A stretch of 64,000 nucleotides of DNA from Bdellovibrionales bacterium (GCA_965262715.1 OZ253553.1:2875091-2939090), one strand, 5' to 3'; shown: positions 10,567-23,989, counted from the first letter of the stretch. Notes: generated from the sequence alone by a model not told the origin. A program made the numbers and translations.

Positions 10567-11730
10567 TTATGAATCTTTCATTTTAGAAATTTCTTGGATA
10601 AGAGAGCGTACAGTTTGAGAGGTTCTTCTTTTTTCATGACGCTTTTGAAATTGTTCAAGGGCAAATTGCCGCATATCTTCTACAGAATCAAACTCATCCA
10701 TGATCTCTACGCCCAATAAGGTCTCTAGAGCATCCTCTAAAGTAATCAGTCCTGTTGTTTGTCCATCCTGATTTACTGCTATAAAAATATGCTCCTTATA
10801 TTTTAAAAACTCATTAAGAGTGGTACCTATAGACTGATTTTCTGGCACTTTATGAATAGAATGGCATATATCTCCTAATGTTGTATTTGATGCTTCCACA
10901 GATTTATTTGAACCCATAGGTGAAGTAGCAAAAGCCCCATCTTCTAACAAAGTTTTTTTTGTATTGCTTTGAGCATAGTTTTCTAAGAGTTCATAACGTA
11001 AAACAACACCTACAATATCATCCATGCCCATCTTATAAATAGGTATACGAGAAAAAGGTATAGATGGATGCTGCTTGACAACTTGACCAACAGAAACATC
11101 TGCGGGAAAGGCTACAATAACAGACCTAGGTGTCATCACATCCTTAATGTAAATCTTATCAAGGCGTAGTAGGTTTTTGATCACATTACGTTCTTGGTGC
11201 TTAATAGAGCCTTCCTCTTGACTGATCTCTGCTGTAGCAATTAGCTCATCCCTTGTAAAAAGTAGAGGGCGTTTTTTACCAAAAGTACTTAAGTCTGCTA
11301 CAAATTCACAAAATGAAACAATAGGGTAAAGTAGAACAATAAGATATTTAATAATGTAAGCAGAGGGAATAGCAAGTCTTCTCCAATAAGTAGCTCCTAT
11401 TGTTTTAGGGATGATCTCTGAAAATATCAAGATACCAAATGTGAGGATTCCAGAAATAATAGCTACCATTTCACTGCCATATAATCTCATAACAGTTGCA
11501 CTGATTAAAGCAGCTCCTAAAGTGTTAGACACGGTATTTAAAGTTAAAATAGCTGCTAGTGGACGATCAATATCTTTTCTGAGAGCATGAAGAACATCAC
11601 CTGATTTAGATCCTTGATTTTGCAATTGACCAATAAAAGAATCCTTAACAGATAAAATAACAGATTCTAAAAGAGAACAAAAAAAGGAAATAGTAAGAAC
11701 AAAAATAAAATAAGAAATTAATAGAACCAA
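10567..11730 (-). CDS. CNNM/CorC-HlyC family membrane protein (DUF21 + CBS pair)
   Basis: SFFCSLLES, ILTLNT.SNT.GA, SEIIPKT, VMTPR, FSRIP, GLITLED. Confidence 0.92.
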   Translation of the reverse strand: MVLLISYFIFVLTISFFCSLLESVILSVKDSFIGQLQNQGSKSGDVLHALRKDIDRPLAAILTLNTVSNTLGAALISATVMRLYGSEMVAIISGILTFGILIFSEIIPKTIGATYWRRLAIPSAYIIKYLIVLLYPIVSFCEFVADLSTFGKKRPLLFTRDELIATAEISQEEGSIKHQERNVIKNLLRLDKIYIKDVMTPRSVIVAFPADVSVGQVVKQHPSIPFSRIPIYKMGMDDIVGVVLRYELLENYAQSNTKKTLLEDGAFATSPMGSNKSVEASNTTLGDICHSIHKVPENQSIGTTLNEFLKYKEHIFIAVNQDGQTTGLITLEDALETLLGVEIMDEFDSVEDMRQFALEQFQKRHEKRRTSQTVRSLIQEISKMKDS

Positions 11731-11733
11731 GTT

Positions 11734-13845
11734 TTAAGCACCTTTAGCGTTTTTTTTATGTGCTTCTATAAGCTCTTCTTGAATACTTTTAGGAACTGGC
11801 TTATATTCTGAAAACTCCATTGTGAATTCTCCCTTTCCTTGAGTTGCTGATCTTAAATCAGTAGAATATCCAAACATCTCTGTCAATGGAACAAGAGATT
11901 CCACTGTAATATAACCTTCTATTGCTTGAGTGCCTGTGATTTGACCACGACGTTGGTTCAATTGTCCAATCACAGAACCTTGGAATTCTTCAGGAGCAGA
12001 AACTTCTACCTTCATAATAGGTTCTAGGATCACAGGATTTGCTTGAGGGATATGTTCACGAATGGCCGCCATAGCACAAAGCTTAAAGGCCATTTCACTA
12101 GAGTCCACTGAGTGAAAATCTCCATCATTAAGTTCTATACGTATGTCAATAAGAGGAAATCCTATCAAAAGTCCTTTTTCTAATTGCTGTTGAAATCCTT
12201 TGTCACAAGCTGGAATATATTCCCTAGGAATAGATCCTCCCACAATTTTATTGATGAATTCATAGTGCTTATGTTCAGAGCTTTCTGGATCCTGCGTGAG
12301 AGGCTCCATATATCCTCCCATCTTAGCAAACTGCCCTGCACCTCCTGTTTGTTTTTTATGAATCTGTACAAAGTCAACATGAGATGAGATGGTTTCCCTA
12401 AAAGCTACCTGTGGCTTACCTACTTTGCAAGTGACTTTAAATTCTCTTTTCATTCTTTCTACATAAACATCTAAATGCAACTCTCCCATACCAGATATAA
12501 TAGTCTCTCCTGACTCCTCATCCCTGTGTACACGGAAAGTAGGGTCCTCTTTAGTGAACTTATTAAGAGCTTTGGAAAAATTAGCAATAAGTGCCTTATC
12601 AATAGGAGCAATAGAAAGAGAAATAACAGGATTTGCTACATGCATAGACGTCATAGCTGCATTGATTTTTCCATCGGTAAAGCTATCTCCTGATGAGCAG
12701 TCTACACCAAACATAGCAATGATATCACCTGCACTAGCAGACTGAATATCTTCCATTTCATCGGAGTGCATGCGCACCAATCTAGGCACTTTGATTTTCT
12801 TTCCTGTACCTGTATTAATAATGGTATCACCTTTTTTAACACAGCCCTGATAGATACGCATATAAGTCAGCTGGCCATATCGGCCATCTTCTAATTTAAA
12901 GGCTAACATTAATAAAGGTTGATCAGCATCTGATTGAATGACAAATTTTTCCTCATTTTTGTCTAAATCTAAAGCTTCATTTGTCACTTCCTTTGGATTA
13001 GGAAGATAATCTGTGACAGCATCAAGAAGAGGTTGCACTGCTTTGTTTTTAAAGGCAGACCCCATAAGCACTGGGATAAATTTAAGACTCAAAACACCAG
13101 CGCGAATAGCTACTTTCAATTCATCTGCTGTGACTTCTTGTTCCATAAGAAACTTTTCACCAACCACATCATCAAAATCAGCAACAACGCCGATAAGATC
13201 ATGTCTTGCTGCTTCAGCCTCCTGTTTTCTGTCATCGGGAATATCAGTAATTTTAATTTCTTCTCCATTTTCACCTAAGAACTCCATTTGTTTCATCTCT
13301 ACTAAATCAATCACTCCAGTATGTTTATCTTCTAAACCAACGGGTAATTGAATAAAATGAGCATTTAATCGAAGTTTTTCATGGAGTTGCTCTAAAACAC
13401 GCTCAGGGTGAGCTCCTGTTCGGTCTAATTTATTAATAAAAGCAAGGCGTGGCACACTGTAACGCCTCATCTGTCGATCAACTGTAATAGATTGAGACTG
13501 AACTCCTTCTACCCCAGAGAGAATCAAAATAGCTCCATCAAGAACTCTTAATGCTCTTTCTACCTCGATAGTAAAGTCCACGTGACCGGGAGTATCAATA
13601 ATATTGATGTTGGTATCTTTCCATTGACAAAATGTAGCTGCAGATTGAATTGTGATACCTTTTTCTCGCTCTAAGTCCATGGAGTCCATTTTAGCTCCAA
13701 CACCGTCTTTACCGCGCACCTCATGTATAGCATGAATACGCCCAGTGTAAAACAAAATACGCTCTGTTAGTGTGGTTTTACCAGAGTCAATATGCGCTGA
13801 AATCCCAATATTTCTTAAGTTACTCCAATCTCCAGGCTGATTCAT
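11734..13845 (-). CDS. fusA: Elongation factor G
   Basis: [27 protein letters not shown] and [11 protein letters not shown]. Confidence 0.98.
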   Translation of the reverse strand: MNQPGDWSNLRNIGISAHIDSGKTTLTERILFYTGRIHAIHEVRGKDGVGAKMDSMDLEREKGITIQSAATFCQWKDTNINIIDTPGHVDFTIEVERALRVLDGAILILSGVEGVQSQSITVDRQMRRYSVPRLAFINKLDRTGAHPERVLEQLHEKLRLNAHFIQLPVGLEDKHTGVIDLVEMKQMEFLGENGEEIKITDIPDDRKQEAEAARHDLIGVVADFDDVVGEKFLMEQEVTADELKVAIRAGVLSLKFIPVLMGSAFKNKAVQPLLDAVTDYLPNPKEVTNEALDLDKNEEKFVIQSDADQPLLMLAFKLEDGRYGQLTYMRIYQGCVKKGDTIINTGTGKKIKVPRLVRMHSDEMEDIQSASAGDIIAMFGVDCSSGDSFTDGKINAAMTSMHVANPVISLSIAPIDKALIANFSKALNKFTKEDPTFRVHRDEESGETIISGMGELHLDVYVERMKREFKVTCKVGKPQVAFRETISSHVDFVQIHKKQTGGAGQFAKMGGYMEPLTQDPESSEHKHYEFINKIVGGSIPREYIPACDKGFQQQLEKGLLIGFPLIDIRIELNDGDFHSVDSSEMAFKLCAMAAIREHIPQANPVILEPIMKVEVSAPEEFQGSVIGQLNQRRGQITGTQAIEGYITVESLVPLTEMFGYSTDLRSATQGKGEFTMEFSEYKPVPKSIQEELIEAHKKNAKGA

Positions 13846-14177
13846 TTGTTATCCCCCTCAAATAACTTTATGATAAAAAGATAAAGTATAACATTTAAAC
13901 AATAAAAATCAATATTCTTGTTAAACAATACTTCGTCAATTTCTCACAATAACCTTATTTTATGTTATGAAGCTCTTTTTATATCAAATGTGTTAAGATA
14001 TCTCACCTAAAGTTTCATTATGAAACAAATTTCTTAAGGTTCATGACATCTTAAAATCTAGAAAGCAAGACATTTAGAACAACAAAACAAGATGGATCCT
14101 TTTTTCTCTATAAAAGTTCTTTCTAGAAGCCATCTCAAAAATAAATATTTGCATTTATTTCATTTCCCTAAAAATAA

Positions 14178-14465
14178 ATTGAAGGTTCAGCTCAGTTAGC
14201 ACTTAAATTCTATCGTAATTCTCAAAAATTACATTTATACAGTCCTCATAAAGACCAATTTAAAAGAGCTGCTTCAAGTATTGTACTTAACTTAGCTGAA
14301 GGCAGTGCTAAACCAACAGCTAAAGATCGCAGAAAAATTTATTATATTAGCCTTGGCTCTTTAAGAGAAGTACAAGCTATATTGAATATGATAGGCCATG
14401 TTGACTTAGCAAAACAGGCAGATCAACTAGGAGCTTATTTATATAAACTATGTCAAAATACTTAA
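14178..14465 (+). pseudogene. Four-helix-bundle (23S rRNA IVP/TIGR02436-like) protein, 5'-truncated; absent from the ORF track
   Basis: Manual translation gives ..QLALKFY..DQFKRAASSIVLNLAEGSAK.TAKDRRKIYYISLGSLRE..; in-frame TAA at 14175 and no ATG. Confidence 0.75.
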
Positions 14466-14468
14466 ATT

Positions 14469-15240
14469 TTATTTGAATTTTACTTTATTTGTAGGACAAA
14501 CAAGATTTTTGTGTATACGTTCAGAAGATTTAACTTCAATGGCAGTGTGCATATCATTACAAATAAAATCAACTTCATAACCAGATGTTGTTCTCCAATA
14601 ATGTATATCTAATTCGGGATTTTTATATTTTTTGTAATTTATAAGTTCCATAAAAATATAATGTTCAAAACTTTTTCCAAAAGCCTCATTTCCTTTATAG
14701 GGTTTTCTTTGAGCTATATAATTGGCAATACCAACATCAAAAAAATAAAACTTATCTGTCAAAACCATTTTTCTATTTTTAGAGGCCCTCCAAGGAGAAA
14801 GACGGTATCCTAAAAAAGTATCCTCTAAAATTTCAAAATATCGACGAACAACTTTAGCACTGATGCCTGTTTCTCTTGCTACATTCGTATAATTTAAAAG
14901 CTCAGAGTTGGTTAAGGCTGCTACTTTTAAAAACTCAGTAAAGGCAGGTATATTTCTTATTGAAGATTCTGATACAATTTCTTCTTTTAAGTAATCAGAG
15001 ACATAAGACCTTAAATCTTTTAAATAATGGGAAGATAAGAAGTGAGAAGGTAAAAGTCCTGTATGTAAAGCTTTTTCCAATAAAAATCCTTTTGTCTCAT
15101 AAAAAGAAAGAGGACCCATTTCAAATCGCCATGCTCTTCCAGCAAGTAAATTAGAACCAGCTCGTCTTAATTTTCTTGCACTAGATCCAGTAAGGAGAAA
15201 TGAAGCAGATTTATTCTCAATAAGCCAATGAACTTCATCA
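14469..15240 (-). pseudogene. AAA+ ATPase/DUF4143 protein fragment
   Basis: The frame extends upstream as LLTGSSARKL..LAGRA; KFYFFDVG, YWRT..EVDF and IEVKS present; Walker A region missing and C-terminus truncated. Confidence 0.8.
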
Positions 15241-15312
15241 TTTTACAAAAGCCTATTGCAGGCTCTTAACTAAAATATTAATTTGATATTTATGTAATAC
15301 CTTTTGCAAAGA

Positions 15313-16104
15313 TTAGCTGCCACCATCTACCGTTAATACAGAACCTGTTACCCAAGTGGTTTTCATAAGATAATCGACAGCCTCAACTACATCTTGCGCT
15401 TGCCCCATACGTCCTAAAGGAGATATCTGATGACATCTTTTAATAGCCACTTGAGAGGTTTTATCTGTTTTTTCATAAAAATCATGTATAGGAGTATAAA
15501 TAATACCTGGATTGATAGAGTTTACACAAATACGATACTCTGACCACTCCATTGCTAAAGACCTTGTCCAATTGTTCATAGCAGCCTTAGAAGCAGAATA
15601 GATGGAGGTATAAGCAATCGGGTCCTGCGCTAAACTTGAAGATATATTAATTACATGTGGAGACCCTGCTTTCTTCAGCAACTTAAAAATACCTTTTGTG
15701 ATACGGAAAGCGCCAAAAAGATTAGTTTGAAAATGCATAGACCAATCATCTTCATTAGATTCTAAAAAAGATTGCCTGTTAATACGTCCTGCATTATTGA
15801 CCAATAAGTCTATAGTATCTGTCCATTTTTGAATTTTTTGCAGGGCTTTTTTAACATTAGAAGACTTAGAAATATCTGTAATTAAAATAAGAGGTGGATG
15901 AGTCAACTCAGAAGCTACAGCATTCAATTTTTTTTTATCACGTCCTAAAATAGCTACTTGAAAATCATGAGCATCAAGGTGCTGAGCAATAGCAGCACCA
16001 ATACCAGAACTTGCCCCTGTTATAATAGCTCTTTTTAAATGACTTTTCTTCACCATTCTCTCCTTATATCTATTTATCATAAAGTGACCTTGTGGCACAA
16101 ACAT
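15313..16104 (-). CDS. SDR family NAD(P)-dependent oxidoreductase (true start may be 16056)
   Basis: TGASSGIG, NNAG, YSASK. Confidence 0.93.
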   Translation of the reverse strand: MFVPQGHFMINRYKERMVKKSHLKRAIITGASSGIGAAIAQHLDAHDFQVAILGRDKKKLNAVASELTHPPLILITDISKSSNVKKALQKIQKWTDTIDLLVNNAGRINRQSFLESNEDDWSMHFQTNLFGAFRITKGIFKLLKKAGSPHVINISSSLAQDPIAYTSIYSASKAAMNNWTRSLAMEWSEYRICVNSINPGIIYTPIHDFYEKTDKTSQVAIKRCHQISPLGRMGQAQDVVEAVDYLMKTTWVTGSVLTVDGGS

Positions 16105-16203
16105 CGGTTGTCATTTTTTATATATACTAAGGTTTGTAGTAGGCTTATTCACTAGCAGCAGAGGGCCTTTGGCCACCATATCCTAATATAATATTAATGC
16201 CAT

Positions 16204-16437
16204 AGCCTTGTTGCACGAATATTGACGCTATTACATTGGGTTACCATTAGCGTCTTTTGGCAGGCTTGTGAACTAACTCAGGCCAGAGCATTATGAGGTA
16301 AAGATTTTAAAAGAACTTTTATTCTATAATTAATTATAAAAGTAATAGAAATTCATTGCACGGGGGTTGCCTGTTGCTAGTGAATAAGCCTGCCAAAAGA
16401 CGCTGCTAATACATACAAATATTTGTGCAACAAGGCC
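16204..16437 (+). mobile_element. IS903-type MITE, structured family copy
   Basis: IRs AGCCTTGTTGCACGAA / TTTGTGCAACAAGGCC; perfect 19-bp inner stem 16249-16267/16386-16404; core shared with the 37082, 49843 and 60311 copies. Confidence 0.85.
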
Positions 16438-16600
16438 ACAATCAAGTAAACAGGTGTTTCGGTAGTTGTTAGCGGTTTGTGTTGAGTGCCATGTATTTTG
16501 ATTCCGGTTACATATGCCGCCGGTTTGCCGGATTTCCGGAAAAAGTAGTTATGAACTTATTTTTTTAAGTTGGTTTTTAAATATTTGGAAGAATAGATAA

Positions 16601-16632
16601 AAGAAAGGATACTTATTTAAGTATCCTTTCTT
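16601..16632 (-). terminator. Likely intrinsic terminator
   Basis: 15-bp inverted repeat AAGAAAGGATACTTA/TAAGTATCCTTTCTT downstream of the 16704-17657 gene. Confidence 0.6.
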
Positions 16633-16703
16633 CTTGTTAATATAGGAGGTATTCAATTAATCAATAACTCTCTCTATAAAAAAGCTCACATCTTTTCTTT
16701 TTT

Positions 16704-17657
16704 TTAAAGAGCAACACCAGCAGTAGCAAGTCTACGAGAATATACTTGACATACGTCAGAAGTCAAAGTGTTAAGTCTTCTTATCAATGCCGCTATAGGT
16801 TCTGTAAATGTACGATGCATTGCATTTAACATCTGATCTGCAGCTGCAGCATAAGTAGTTGTATCAAGACTTACAGCTAATAGAAAACGGGCCATATTTC
16901 TAACTGCAGGATTGTAAGAACCTTGCCACCCACGAATGCACACCTCTGCCCGCTCGCCTAAAAGAGCAATGTGAACCTTATCTACTAATGTATTAAGATG
17001 AGTGTATAATGTTCTAGCAAGATCAGAAAATTGAGGCATTGCAAAATCTGCCGCTCTTTTCATTAATGCATCTCTAACAGCACCTATGACAATTCTAAAA
17101 TTGCTTTTCTCTGTTGCCATTTGACCTGCTGCCTGCGGGCTTAACTGAGCATTACCTGTTGCAAGTTGTAGATCAACAGGTATTTGCTGCACAGCAGTAG
17201 GCTGTACATCAACATCAAAATAACCTGGGCGAACACCTTCTCTTCCAACATCACTTGTGCCAATGATAGTAGAGTAAGCGTTTGCATATTCTAATTGAAA
17301 TGCTTTTTCAAGCTCTGCATCTAGCATAGCTAATGAACCTGTAACGTCTTTCATTAATTGTGCATTTCCTTGATGCGATTTAATCATTTGTAGGAGTGAT
17401 CCAACGCCCGCGGTTGCAATTATTGCTTCGTTTCCAAGATGGCTTGCTATAGCTGTTCTAAGCCCTGGAAGGACGCTCTTAGACCTAGCAGTAGCAGAGA
17501 AACTAGCTATAGCCGTGGGATTAGCCTTACTCACTGCACTCACTACTTGTGTTACTCTTGTCAGCACACGAAGAACACTTTGGCCTTTGGCACTTTGTAT
17601 ATTTATAACACTTAAAAGCAAGAGAGCACTGACACTAAAAAAAACTGATCGTAACAT
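16704..17657 (-). CDS. Secreted Ala-rich hypothetical protein
   Basis: Strong AGGAGG RBS, signal peptide, own terminator. Confidence 0.75.
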   Translation of the reverse strand: MLRSVFFSVSALLLLSVINIQSAKGQSVLRVLTRVTQVVSAVSKANPTAIASFSATARSKSVLPGLRTAIASHLGNEAIIATAGVGSLLQMIKSHQGNAQLMKDVTGSLAMLDAELEKAFQLEYANAYSTIIGTSDVGREGVRPGYFDVDVQPTAVQQIPVDLQLATGNAQLSPQAAGQMATEKSNFRIVIGAVRDALMKRAADFAMPQFSDLARTLYTHLNTLVDKVHIALLGERAEVCIRGWQGSYNPAVRNMARFLLAVSLDTTTYAAAADQMLNAMHRTFTEPIAALIRRLNTLTSDVCQVYSRRLATAGVAL

Positions 17658-17954
17658 AAAAACCTCCTAATACATAATTCTAATACATAATTACAACCGT
17701 TAATATAAATAAATAATTTGTAAGTCTCTTATTCTCTATTATTCAATATTTTGCAAGCAAAAAATAAAAATTTATAACTTATTGTAAAAAATACATGATT
17801 TTGTAAATTTGACATAGTTAGTATAATACAATATAAGCACCTTGTAATGTTCTGCTCATTTCCAATTTCTTTTTATCTTTAAGCCACTTACTGAGTAATA
17901 ACAAGTGCTTAAGGATATATCCTGTCTTATGATGAATATTTAACCACTGCGACA

Positions 17955-17970
17955 TGGCATAGTTATTGCT
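17955..17970 (+). promoter_or_regulatory. Sigma54 (-24/-12) promoter candidate
   Basis: TGGCAT-AGTTA-TTGCT about 90 bp upstream of the 1380-aa gene. Confidence 0.55.
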
Positions 17971-18057
17971 GTGCTCTACATAAACAACTATTGATCTGGG
18001 ATATATGGGCTTATAAAAGCTAAAAAACTGATAAAAGTTTAGGGAGACCTTATATTA

Positions 18058-21000
18058 ATGCAAACAAGACTATTTTCTGCTTTTTCTATAAGGATGCAGT
18101 TTCAGCGTTATATGATATATATGATCTGCTTTTCTCTATGTGTTGCAAATCCTGGCTTTATTCATCTTGCCTTATCTCAACAGCAATCTCCACCAGCAAA
18201 TCAAGATCAAGCAAATCAAGAGGAAGATATACCTGAAAATAATGAGGATAACCTGCAAAACCCCCTTCAAGACAAAGCTGAACTAGATAAGAATAGGCTG
18301 CTAGATCACCCTCTCTACGCAGAGGTATCTCGTTTAGGTGAAGAAGTTGAAAGGCAACGTCAGGCAGCCTGCTGTGAAGATATTCCTGGAGTTGAAAGTC
18401 GTAATTTAGAGCCTCTTAACTCGATCATTCAAAGATATCAACAGGTCAAGCAGTCTGTAGAAGACTATGTTAATGGCAAGACTCCTTTGCAGAATATCCC
18501 TACAGAGCATATCAAAGATTATTGCCTTAACCAAGAAGATATCCCAAGAGAATGCCTCCCAATAATAAGACATCTTACAAAGACTTATGCCAATGATGGT
18601 TTTTTAGAATACTTAACAGAATATTGTCTTGAGCAAGAAGGGTTCCCAGAAGAATGTCTTCCAATAATAGAGCATTTTATCAGAAATAATACTGTTATCG
18701 ATAATGTGTTTTTAGAACATCTACAAGAACATTGTCTGAATCAAGAAACGGCACCAGAGGAATGCTCATCAGTTGAACAGTTTAGGTTGTTTTTTATTAA
18801 CAACAATAAGGCTGTTATAGAAGAGCCGCTTAATGATGCTTTTAAACCATATTTAGAACAATACTGTTTTAATCAAGAGAGTATGCTCATAGAATGCTTA
18901 CCTCTTGACGTGTTGAGATTAGATTTTATCAACAACAGTAAAGCTCTTATAAATCGACTTAATGATATTTTTACACCATATTTAGAGCGATACTGCTTTA
19001 ACCAGGAAGATATACCTATGCCTGAGGAATGTTTATCAATTGAAAATATTAAATCGTCTCTTAATATAATCAACAATATCATTTTTATGGGGTTAATCCT
19101 ATCGATTGCTTATAAAATTGTGTTAACCCAAATGTATTTAGGAACAACCTTAAACGAGATAGATCTTTCTCCTTTTACTTTATCAGTTAATAGAAATACA
19201 TATATAGATGGCCAACAAGCTGATGATTGTTTACAAAATACAGATACTTTTCTTAACGATGAAATTAATAGAAGTTTAGGGTTAAGTTTTTCAAATGCTA
19301 AGACAACTGAACATGAAGAGGAAGAAGGACAATGTTTTCACAATATTGAAATAGACCAATCAGTATTCATAGAGTCTCAGTTTGCAATTGAAATGTCTAA
19401 AGATTCCGATGATGCTCTCATTCAATTTCTGCTTTACCCTATCTTAGAAAATTATTATGAAAGTCTTTTTACTATACAAATATTGAAAGGAGTTAGGTCT
19501 GAAGATATTGATCTTCCTGGTATTGATATCCTTTCTCAAAATACAACTTTTTCTATTAATGATCTTATACAAGATACAGTCCAAAGAGAAGCAAAGGTAA
19601 AACTTCGAACACTCAATTTCGGTGAAGCTCTCAAAGAAGCCTTTAAGACATTAATTGATGATAATCCACAATGGCTACAAACAACAAGGCTTTATACTCT
19701 TGATGCCTTAAGAGATATTTCAAATGAAACTGGAATACTAATAGATAAAAGCTTACGAGAAAGTATTTATCAAGAAGAGTTTTCTTCTCGTTTTATTTCT
19801 AGAATTGAATCCACAATCGACGGTGACTTAGGAAATCTCTACTGTGCAAACTGCGAGTCACATACTCTTGAAAGCTATAAACAACAAAGGATTCATAGAT
19901 CTTTAATGATAATATTTCTAACTTCCAAGATTGAAAATATTTGGGAGAATCTTATTGTAGAAGGAGAAGAGGAAGAGGGTAATAGAAGATACAGACTGGG
20001 AATTTATCCAGAAATAGCAACAAAAATCCAGGAAGTTTACACGCCTATTGACAACTCTTTAAAGAATGATCAAGAGCCTCCAGCTAGATACTTAGGATTA
20101 TTGGAAAGCTTAGAAGGTTTAGTAGACCAGTGGATTGAGAAAGCATTAGAAATCATGGAGGAACAATCCTTAGAAACACATCCAACACACCAAGAGTACA
20201 TAGAAGAGATTATTCAAGAGGTAAATAGAATATCATTAACAGATCAAAGCCGTCTTTCTGCTTATGCCGTCTACCAAGCTGTCAAATCACAACACGACTT
20301 CCCAATTCATCCAGAAGTTTCTGCAACTCTAGATCGAATGTTTCTTGTTTCACCCTCTTATCAGAGTGCAAGAGATGCTTTTAATAGCTCTATACTTAGG
20401 TTAACAGATGATATAAGCAGTTACATTGAAGAGGAAACTGGAGAAACTGAGGAGAGTGATGATCTAAATCAAGTACCTAATAAAATTATTGATCCAAATC
20501 AGATAAGAGATATTTTAGAAAAGGCCAGTGCAATGGCATTTCAAGGGCGTATGAACCAAGTGGCCGACCAGCAAGGCATGAATGCCAAAAAAAGATCTAT
20601 AGAATACCTTCTTGTTGTAGGAGAAGATATGGGCTTTTTCGATGCATATCTTATTCCAGAAGGGCAAGATGAAGAAGATATAGTTCCTCTCATTAGAGAC
20701 ACTATTTTTTCTCGACTTAATAGATATCCTAAGAGGGAAAAGGGTTTTTGGGATTTCTTTAAGCCATGTTATTATTATTATCTTTCTTCTCCTGTCTTGT
20801 GTAAAACAGATGCTCAAGTGTATTTAGATATTTACAAAGAACATCAAAAAAGTGAAATACTCAATAAAAACCGGATCCTTTCAGATCGTTATTCTCCGAT
20901 TGATGGAAAACCTCTATTTGAGATCATACAAGATCATTGTGGCCCTGAGATGGATAAAGATATCTGTAGATCTCGTGTTACAAATATTATGATCGAGGCT

Positions 21001-22200
21001 TTAGAAAGACAAGAGCAAGACATACAAGATAATTTTCAAGAACTTATGAGAGATCTAACCAATGAGGACACTTCAGAGGCTCTTCGAAAAGTCATGTTCG
21101 CCTTAGAAGAAGATGAAGCAGGTATTTTTACGAATCTTCGCACTCATCTCGAAGAAAATCATAGAGCACTATTTGATTTTCACAAAGAGCGTTTGCAAAG
21201 TCACTTAGAACCTACAGCCTCAGAGAGGTTTGTTGAGAATTATATCAGTAAGCCTGCAGATGACTTAATGCTCTTATCATTTATATTGCTAGCTCCTGAA
21301 TTTGTAGGAGGACTCGCTAGATTCGGTAGAACATTTTCGAGTTCCAATAGGCTACTATCTCTGGCAAGTCAGAGCACAAAGACACATCCATTAGCAAGGA
21401 TGTGGCTGCCTATCTTTGTTGGCAAAGGATTTGAAAATTATTATGATTATAAGGACATAAGCTCTAGGACAGACTTTATTGAAGACCTTTATTATATATC
21501 ACCTCAAAGAAGCGCGCTTGTCGATCAAGCCCAACTTATAATGAGTGAAGAATTAGAAGATGAAGCACACCGTAATGCAGTCATTCTACCTATAGTATTA
21601 GGCGGCCTAATAGGTGTGATGTTTGTAGGCGGTCTAATAAGATGGTATACAGGATCTAGTGCTTTAAGATGGACTATGAACCGTATGTTGGATGCACGAG
21701 TGAGGTCTCTAGCTGGTTATTACCATAAGAGTGGGTATCGTCCTGGTCATCTTGAAAAGTTAGGAATTAGATACCCAAATAGTACAAAGTGGAGCAGTGC
21801 AAAATGGGAAGGTGAAATAAATGCTTGGGATATGAAGGCTCTAAAAGAGAAAGTCGATATACTCAAACAAAATGCTATTATTCCTGAAGAAGCTGAATCT
21901 ATTCGAGTAAGTTGGTATGTTGTTAGCCGTTTTTATAATAGGCACGTGAAATTAGTTAGCAGGGTAAAAGAAGCTAGAAGACAAGTTGGTGCTTCTACTG
22001 ATCTTAGCTTTAAAAATGTAGGGGAGACAACTATAGAAGGGCAAATAAGAGCAGGTGGTAGTAGCAGTCGTGTTGGAGATCTTAGAATCTTACAGAAAAT
22101 GATGCAAAAAGAAGAAGCTTTATTGAATAGCCTTCGACAACATGAAGAAAATTACCCATTTATACGCAGCCTTATTGATCATTTAAATACACTTCCTTAA
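18058..22200 (+). CDS. Large exported hypothetical protein with five Cys-pair repeats and C-terminal hydrophobic segments
   Basis: 1380-aa ORF; (Y/H)C(L/F)(N/E)QE..EC repeats encoded near 18505-19050. Confidence 0.75.
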   Translation: MQTRLFSAFSIRMQFQRYMIYMICFSLCVANPGFIHLALSQQQSPPANQDQANQEEDIPENNEDNLQNPLQDKAELDKNRLLDHPLYAEVSRLGEEVERQRQAACCEDIPGVESRNLEPLNSIIQRYQQVKQSVEDYVNGKTPLQNIPTEHIKDYCLNQEDIPRECLPIIRHLTKTYANDGFLEYLTEYCLEQEGFPEECLPIIEHFIRNNTVIDNVFLEHLQEHCLNQETAPEECSSVEQFRLFFINNNKAVIEEPLNDAFKPYLEQYCFNQESMLIECLPLDVLRLDFINNSKALINRLNDIFTPYLERYCFNQEDIPMPEECLSIENIKSSLNIINNIIFMGLILSIAYKIVLTQMYLGTTLNEIDLSPFTLSVNRNTYIDGQQADDCLQNTDTFLNDEINRSLGLSFSNAKTTEHEEEEGQCFHNIEIDQSVFIESQFAIEMSKDSDDALIQFLLYPILENYYESLFTIQILKGVRSEDIDLPGIDILSQNTTFSINDLIQDTVQREAKVKLRTLNFGEALKEAFKTLIDDNPQWLQTTRLYTLDALRDISNETGILIDKSLRESIYQEEFSSRFISRIESTIDGDLGNLYCANCESHTLESYKQQRIHRSLMIIFLTSKIENIWENLIVEGEEEEGNRRYRLGIYPEIATKIQEVYTPIDNSLKNDQEPPARYLGLLESLEGLVDQWIEKALEIMEEQSLETHPTHQEYIEEIIQEVNRISLTDQSRLSAYAVYQAVKSQHDFPIHPEVSATLDRMFLVSPSYQSARDAFNSSILRLTDDISSYIEEETGETEESDDLNQVPNKIIDPNQIRDILEKASAMAFQGRMNQVADQQGMNAKKRSIEYLLVVGEDMGFFDAYLIPEGQDEEDIVPLIRDTIFSRLNRYPKREKGFWDFFKPCYYYYLSSPVLCKTDAQVYLDIYKEHQKSEILNKNRILSDRYSPIDGKPLFEIIQDHCGPEMDKDICRSRVTNIMIEALERQEQDIQDNFQELMRDLTNEDTSEALRKVMFALEEDEAGIFTNLRTHLEENHRALFDFHKERLQSHLEPTASERFVENYISKPADDLMLLSFILLAPEFVGGLARFGRTFSSSNRLLSLASQSTKTHPLARMWLPIFVGKGFENYYDYKDISSRTDFIEDLYYISPQRSALVDQAQLIMSEELEDEAHRNAVILPIVLGGLIGVMFVGGLIRWYTGSSALRWTMNRMLDARVRSLAGYYHKSGYRPGHLEKLGIRYPNSTKWSSAKWEGEINAWDMKALKEKVDILKQNAIIPEEAESIRVSWYVVSRFYNRHVKLVSRVKEARRQVGASTDLSFKNVGETTIEGQIRAGGSSSRVGDLRILQKMMQKEEALLNSLRQHEENYPFIRSLIDHLNTLP

Positions 22201-22205
22201 AACAG

Positions 22206-22238
22206 AAAACCCCTTTAACTGAAACTAAAGGGGTTTTT
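22206..22238. terminator. Bidirectional intrinsic terminator
   Basis: AAAACCCCTTTA..TAAAGGGGTTTT between convergent genes. Confidence 0.8.
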
Positions 22239-22303
22239 TGTTTTAACAATATCTTTTCTAAATTATTTTCTTTAAAGACAGAAAATATAGAAAAAAGTAT
22301 AGG

Positions 22304-23971
<1,668 letters not shown>

Positions 23972-23989
23972 CTATTACCTTTAATTTAT

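Noticed and set aside
14178..14465. Diversity-generating retroelement (Avd-like gene)
   Set aside because: No reverse transcriptase and no TR/VR pair with adenine-specific mismatches in the window.
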